From contig CALVNM010000002.1 in the NCBI GenBank assembly GCA_944349735.1, positions 242 through 64,241 on the forward strand: 64,000 bases of DNA, written 5' to 3'. The translations under genes were made by a program, and so were the position numbers. This DNA is from an uncultured Clostridia bacterium. Lineage in GTDB: Bacteria; Bacillota; Clostridia; Christensenellales; DTU072. Under the pieces are notes generated by a model. It did no database searches. It worked only from the letters and a program-made list of their open reading frames with translations, and was not told the DNA's origin. Positions 61,199-64,000 of the stretch are shown one piece after another (within the stretch, counting starts at the first letter, position 1; the number at the start of each line of letters is the position of its first letter).

Positions 61199-61269
61199 AT
61201 ATTTTACCTCAATATCGTTTCGATTATTGAGAATACGAACTATAATGCTTACTACGACGGCGCGCCGAC

Positions 61270-61782
61270 TCAGCCCGCCTCTACAATAACGGAGACTACG
61301 CCGCGTACTTCCTCGTAACCCTCGGAAGAAGAACGGAATATTACTTCGTACGAATAAGCGTAACCCGCGCTTCCTACCGGAGTGTCCTCGTCTTCCGCAA
61401 AGCTCCATCCGGCCGTAAAATACTTCTCGGCGATTTCTCCCAAAGTAACGCCTTCTATCACCCTGTATTCCTCAAATAACGGATAATAGTCCGGAGCTTC
61501 CGTACCGTCGGCTTTCTCTATACGCGGTATGACGGCAAGATAGCTCTTACCGCACCGCGAGCACACCATGAGTTGCCTCCCCTCGGTATCGAAGGTTGCG
61601 GGACGATCGTATTCGCTATCCACTGCGACATAATCGTGCGCGCATTCAGCGGGAGTATTATCCTCGCGGCTGAAAATATCGGTGCCGAAATACAAAGCGA
61701 GCGCAACGACCGCCGCTATAACGACAACGGCTGCCGCGCTTAAAATTATGATCATATTCTTTTTCGACAGCGATTTTGCCAT
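61270..61782 (-). CDS. hypothetical N-terminally membrane-anchored protein
   Basis: 170 aa. TM MIIILSAAAVVVIAAVVALALYF, then a soluble domain with CAHDY...CSRCGKSY. I recognise no family. Confidence 0.65.
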   Translation of the reverse strand: MAKSLSKKNMIIILSAAAVVVIAAVVALALYFGTDIFSREDNTPAECAHDYVAVDSEYDRPATFDTEGRQLMVCSRCGKSYLAVIPRIEKADGTEAPDYYPLFEEYRVIEGVTLGEIAEKYFTAGWSFAEDEDTPVGSAGYAYSYEVIFRSSSEGYEEVRGVVSVIVEAG

Positions 61783-61884
61783 ACACGCATTTTACCACCG
61801 CACACAAAAAGTGTCAACGTAACAATTTCAACGATTGCGCGGAAACGACTCAATATGTTATCATTATCGTTAGGAGAAACATAT

Positions 61885-62697
61885 ATGGCAATACCGAGCG
61901 GCAAAACGATAGTTATAACGGGAGCTTCTTCCGGGATAGGCAAGGAGCTTCGCAAGTTACTCACGGAACACGGCAACACCGTAGTCAACATATCCCGTCA
62001 TCCCGACAAATCGGACGATATGAGCTACGCCGCCGATATGAGCGACCGCGAAAGAGTGAAGGAGGTATTCAAGAAAATAGGCTCGCGTTTCGGCAAAATT
62101 GATATTTTGTTCCTGAACGCAGGCTACGGACTTTCGGGTCCCGTAGAACTTATTCCGGATACCGAAATAGAAAAAATCAACGACGCAAACTTTCTCGGCG
62201 CAGTATGGTCTACGCGAGCCGCGCTCCCCTATATCCCGCGCGGCGGGAGGATAATTTACACAGGTTCCGTGAGCGGTATAATACCCATGCCGTACCGCAC
62301 GATGTACAACGCGACGAAAGCGGCGCTTATAGAGTTCGCGATGAGTATGTCGATGGAGCTCAAGCCTTTGGGCATAAGCTCGAGCGTAATGCTGGTGGCG
62401 GCCGTGGAAACCGATTTCGCTTCGCGCAGAACGAAATTCACAACGAAAGATCCGCGGTATGCGGAAGCGGTCAACGCCTGCGACGAATTCATCGACGGCA
62501 AGGGCGGCAAGAACGCTACGGGTAAACTCACGGCGCGCAAAGCCGCCGAAAAGATAGTGCGCCGCGCCGGCAAACGGCGCGCCCCGCTCCGCTCTCTCAT
62601 CGCGACCCCGCTGTATTACCTTGCCTACCCTCTCGCGCTGTTGTGTCCTTCGCTCGTGATACGCATCGTCGCCAACGTATTTATGGGAAAAGCGTAA
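61885..62697 (+). CDS. short-chain dehydrogenase/reductase (SDR)
   Basis: ATG 61885 follows AGGAG at 61872 (the track start 61855 is less likely). TGASSGIGKEL cofactor motif, NAG, and the catalytic YNATKAAL (YxxxK). Confidence 0.9.
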   Translation: MAIPSGKTIVITGASSGIGKELRKLLTEHGNTVVNISRHPDKSDDMSYAADMSDRERVKEVFKKIGSRFGKIDILFLNAGYGLSGPVELIPDTEIEKINDANFLGAVWSTRAALPYIPRGGRIIYTGSVSGIIPMPYRTMYNATKAALIEFAMSMSMELKPLGISSSVMLVAAVETDFASRRTKFTTKDPRYAEAVNACDEFIDGKGGKNATGKLTARKAAEKIVRRAGKRRAPLRSLIATPLYYLAYPLALLCPSLVIRIVANVFMGKA

Positions 62698-62723
62698 AGC
62701 CGCGAGTAAAATTTGCTCTACGT

Positions 62724-62757
62724 AAAAACGCCGCCACATTACGTGACGGCGTTTTCG
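62724..62757. terminator. bidirectional terminator between convergent genes
   Basis: AAAAACGCCGCCAC-attac-GTGACGGCGTTTTCG (one mismatch in the stem). Confidence 0.7.
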
Positions 62758-62777
62758 TCTACTGTTTATTCGTCGGG

Positions 62778-63521
62778 TCAGCTTTCCGAAGGCGCTTCCT
62801 TTCCCCCGGTTTCCGGTTCGTCTTTAACTTTCAGTAATTGTTTGGCGAGTTTCGTCGTTTCCTTTTCGAGATATACCGTGATACGTTCCGCTTCGATCTT
62901 GATTTTCTCGTTCGGGTCATATTCGGTGGGCTCACCTATCAATATCCTGCGCGTTTTGACGTCGCAATAGCTCGGATAGAACTTAAGTGTTTTGCCGGTA
63001 GCTTTATAGTAATAATATGCCGAATAGGCAAATCCTCTCTGGAAAGCGAGCATATATTCGTTGTACGGAGTGTCTTTCGTCTCCGCAAAAATAATCACCT
63101 GATTGCCTTCTTCGAGCGATTTGACGGTGGCGTTATAGGTTTCTTTCACTTTGAGGTCATGCCAGACGGGTATCGTGTCGTAACTTTTGTAGTAAAAATT
63201 GATTATCGGCATCAACACATACGCGAGCGGCATAAGGAAACCCAATTTCGTTACCTTCGCAAGCACGGTACGGAAATGATGTATAGCGTTTTTATAGGTA
63301 AAAAGTTTGGCGTTGGACCAAAAGTTGATTTTTTCGCCGTAAAAGAGTTCGTAAGCGAACGGCGCCTGTAAAGAAGTATGGTTGCAAGTGACGATGCAAG
63401 GTGCTTCGGGTTTTTCGGAAGTAAAAGAGAATTCCGCTTTTTTGCTGAAGAAACCGACAAGCTTATTGAAACCTGTCGCGAATTTACCGTACTTACGCTT
63501 ATTGAAATTAAGTTTCGCCAT
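62778..63521 (-). CDS. hypothetical protein, distantly PlsC-acyltransferase-like
   Basis: ATG 63521 (MAKLNFNKRKYGK...) is preceded by GGAGAAG; the track start is 63551. CNHTSLQAP and IIFAETKD loosely resemble acyltransferase blocks I and III, but the block I Asp is missing, so the functional call is weak. Confidence 0.6.
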   Translation of the reverse strand: MAKLNFNKRKYGKFATGFNKLVGFFSKKAEFSFTSEKPEAPCIVTCNHTSLQAPFAYELFYGEKINFWSNAKLFTYKNAIHHFRTVLAKVTKLGFLMPLAYVLMPIINFYYKSYDTIPVWHDLKVKETYNATVKSLEEGNQVIIFAETKDTPYNEYMLAFQRGFAYSAYYYYKATGKTLKFYPSYCDVKTRRILIGEPTEYDPNEKIKIEAERITVYLEKETTKLAKQLLKVKDEPETGGKEAPSES

Positions 63522-63687
63522 TCGACTTCTCCGGGATAAAATATGCAGCAAAAAGCGCTATTATCCCGTGAAGGAAAAAGCGGTCTGCGGCACCGAATAA
63601 AGTATAACGTAAACCGACGAAAAAATCAAGCGAAGCCCCGCCGAAACAACCGCGAAGCGCATACGAATATAAATATCGGCAAAACGC

Positions 63688-63716
63688 TTGCAAAAATTAT
63701 AATCGTTTGGTATTAT
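63688..63716 (+). promoter_or_regulatory. candidate promoter of tRNA-Val
   Basis: TTGCAA - 17 nt - TATTAT, ending 18 nt before the mature tRNA 5' end. Confidence 0.5.
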
Positions 63717-63734
63717 ATATAAGCACCTTGATAC

Positions 63735-63810
63735 GGACGATTAACTCAGTTGGTAGAGTGTCTTCTTGACGTGGAGAAAGTCAGGGGTTCGAGTCCCTTA
63801 TCGTCCACCA
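63735..63810 (+). tRNA. tRNA-Val (anticodon GAC), CCA encoded
   Basis: Manual cloverleaf, 76 nt in total: acceptor GGACGAT/ATCGTCC, D arm ACTC-AGTTGGTA-GAGT, anticodon arm TCTTC-TTGACGT-GGAGA, variable loop AAGTC, T arm AGGGG-TTCGAGT-CCCTT, discriminator A, CCA. Confidence 0.9.
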
Positions 63811-63812
63811 TA

Positions 63813-63853
63813 AGCAAACAAAATTGAACCCGGTTTTGTTTGCTTTTTCTTTT
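63813..63853 (+). terminator. rho-independent terminator after tRNA-Val
   Basis: AGCAAACAAAA-(10-nt loop)-TTTTGTTTGCT, followed by TTTTCTTTTATC. Confidence 0.75.
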
Positions 63854-63861
63854 ATCAACCT

Positions 63862-63899
63862 AAGGCAATCCGTGGTTTGCGGACTGCCTTTTTTGTTTT
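63862..63899 (+). terminator. second hairpin + T run (tandem or bidirectional terminator)
   Basis: AAGGCAATCCG-tggtttg-CGGACTGCCTT (one mismatch), followed by TTTTTTGTTTT. Lies between the tRNA and the 3' end of a minus-strand ORF. Confidence 0.6.
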
Positions 63900-63911
63900 A
63901 TCTTGCGTGGT

Positions 63912-64000
63912 TTAGACTTTCATTACGGTATAAATCGGAACGGATATCGTCTGTCCGCTTTGCGGCACGGTGTAAGGAAGATACAACATTTTTTCGTAAA
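63912..64000 (-). CDS. possible 3' end of a minus-strand CDS that continues beyond the window
   Basis: The open frame on the minus strand reads ...YEKMLYLPYTVPQSGQTISVPIYTVMKV, then a stop (TAA, complement of 63912..63914). It is too short to identify. Confidence 0.25.
   Translation of the reverse strand, partial: YEKMLYLPYTVPQSGQTISVPIYTVMKV

Noticed and set aside
61138-61400. Looked for a T-box riboswitch upstream of ileS.
   Set aside because: Only 132 nt of non-coding sequence is available, and a promoter sits ~30 nt from the ATG. By eye I see no specifier-loop or T-box (AANNNGGTGGNACCGCG-like) sequence.
63735-64000. tRNA-Val as a possible integration hotspot, or the edge of a genomic island.
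   Set aside because: Only terminator hairpins and the tail of an unidentifiable ORF follow the tRNA. The remaining ~190 bp contain no integrase, no direct repeat of the tRNA 3' end and no mobile-element genes.

Overview
This window looks like ordinary chromosome from an endospore-forming, Clostridia-type Firmicute. The evidence is spoVT / MOP-flippase / mazG synteny, veg - DUF3794+LysM - ispE, and a Bacillus-style glgB-C-D-A-P operon. The standard genetic code applies, and 35 of 41 CDS lie on the minus strand.

Gene content, left to right:
- a heterodimeric ABC exporter pair, one subunit carrying a roughly 450-aa extracytoplasmic insertion
- the F1Fo ATP synthase operon atpB-E-F-A-G-D-C, with no separate atpH; a delta-C-terminal-domain-like segment is fused in frame to alpha
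- pgk-tpiA-gpmI, dus, mazG, flippase, spoVT
- a beta-CASP/MBL hydrolase and a two-domain flavoprotein
- M28 and M29 peptidases, a PlsC-type acyltransferase, luxS and a Na/Pi-type transporter
- the only clearly accessory block (27.7-41.1 kb)
- an Eis-like GNAT, alkaline phosphatase and acyl-CoA synthetase
- GH13 + glgP-A-D-C-B, ispE, a sporulation-type LysM protein, veg and type-2 ileS
- a small membrane protein, an SDR, an acyltransferase-like gene and tRNA-Val(GAC)

The accessory block is one promoter-to-terminator unit. It encodes a ~3530-aa lipoprotein (an Ig-like domain, about a dozen Listeria-Bacteroides repeats and ~7 kb of BspA-type LRRs) plus an 865-aa orphan lipoprotein.

I see no CRISPR array, transposase/integrase, prophage, toxin-antitoxin pair, recognisable defence gene or unassigned multi-gene cluster. 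I therefore cannot honestly point to a clear new multi-gene system.

The items most worth a second look are:
1. the delta-alpha ATP synthase fusion
2. the giant lipoprotein operon and its orphan partner
3. the ABC exporter with a large extracellular domain
4. an M28 peptidase interrupted by membrane hairpins
5. the striking absence of TTA/CTA/TCA codons, which creates gene-length antisense ORFs throughout the ORF track

All functional calls are by-eye motif and family recognition; no searches were run.
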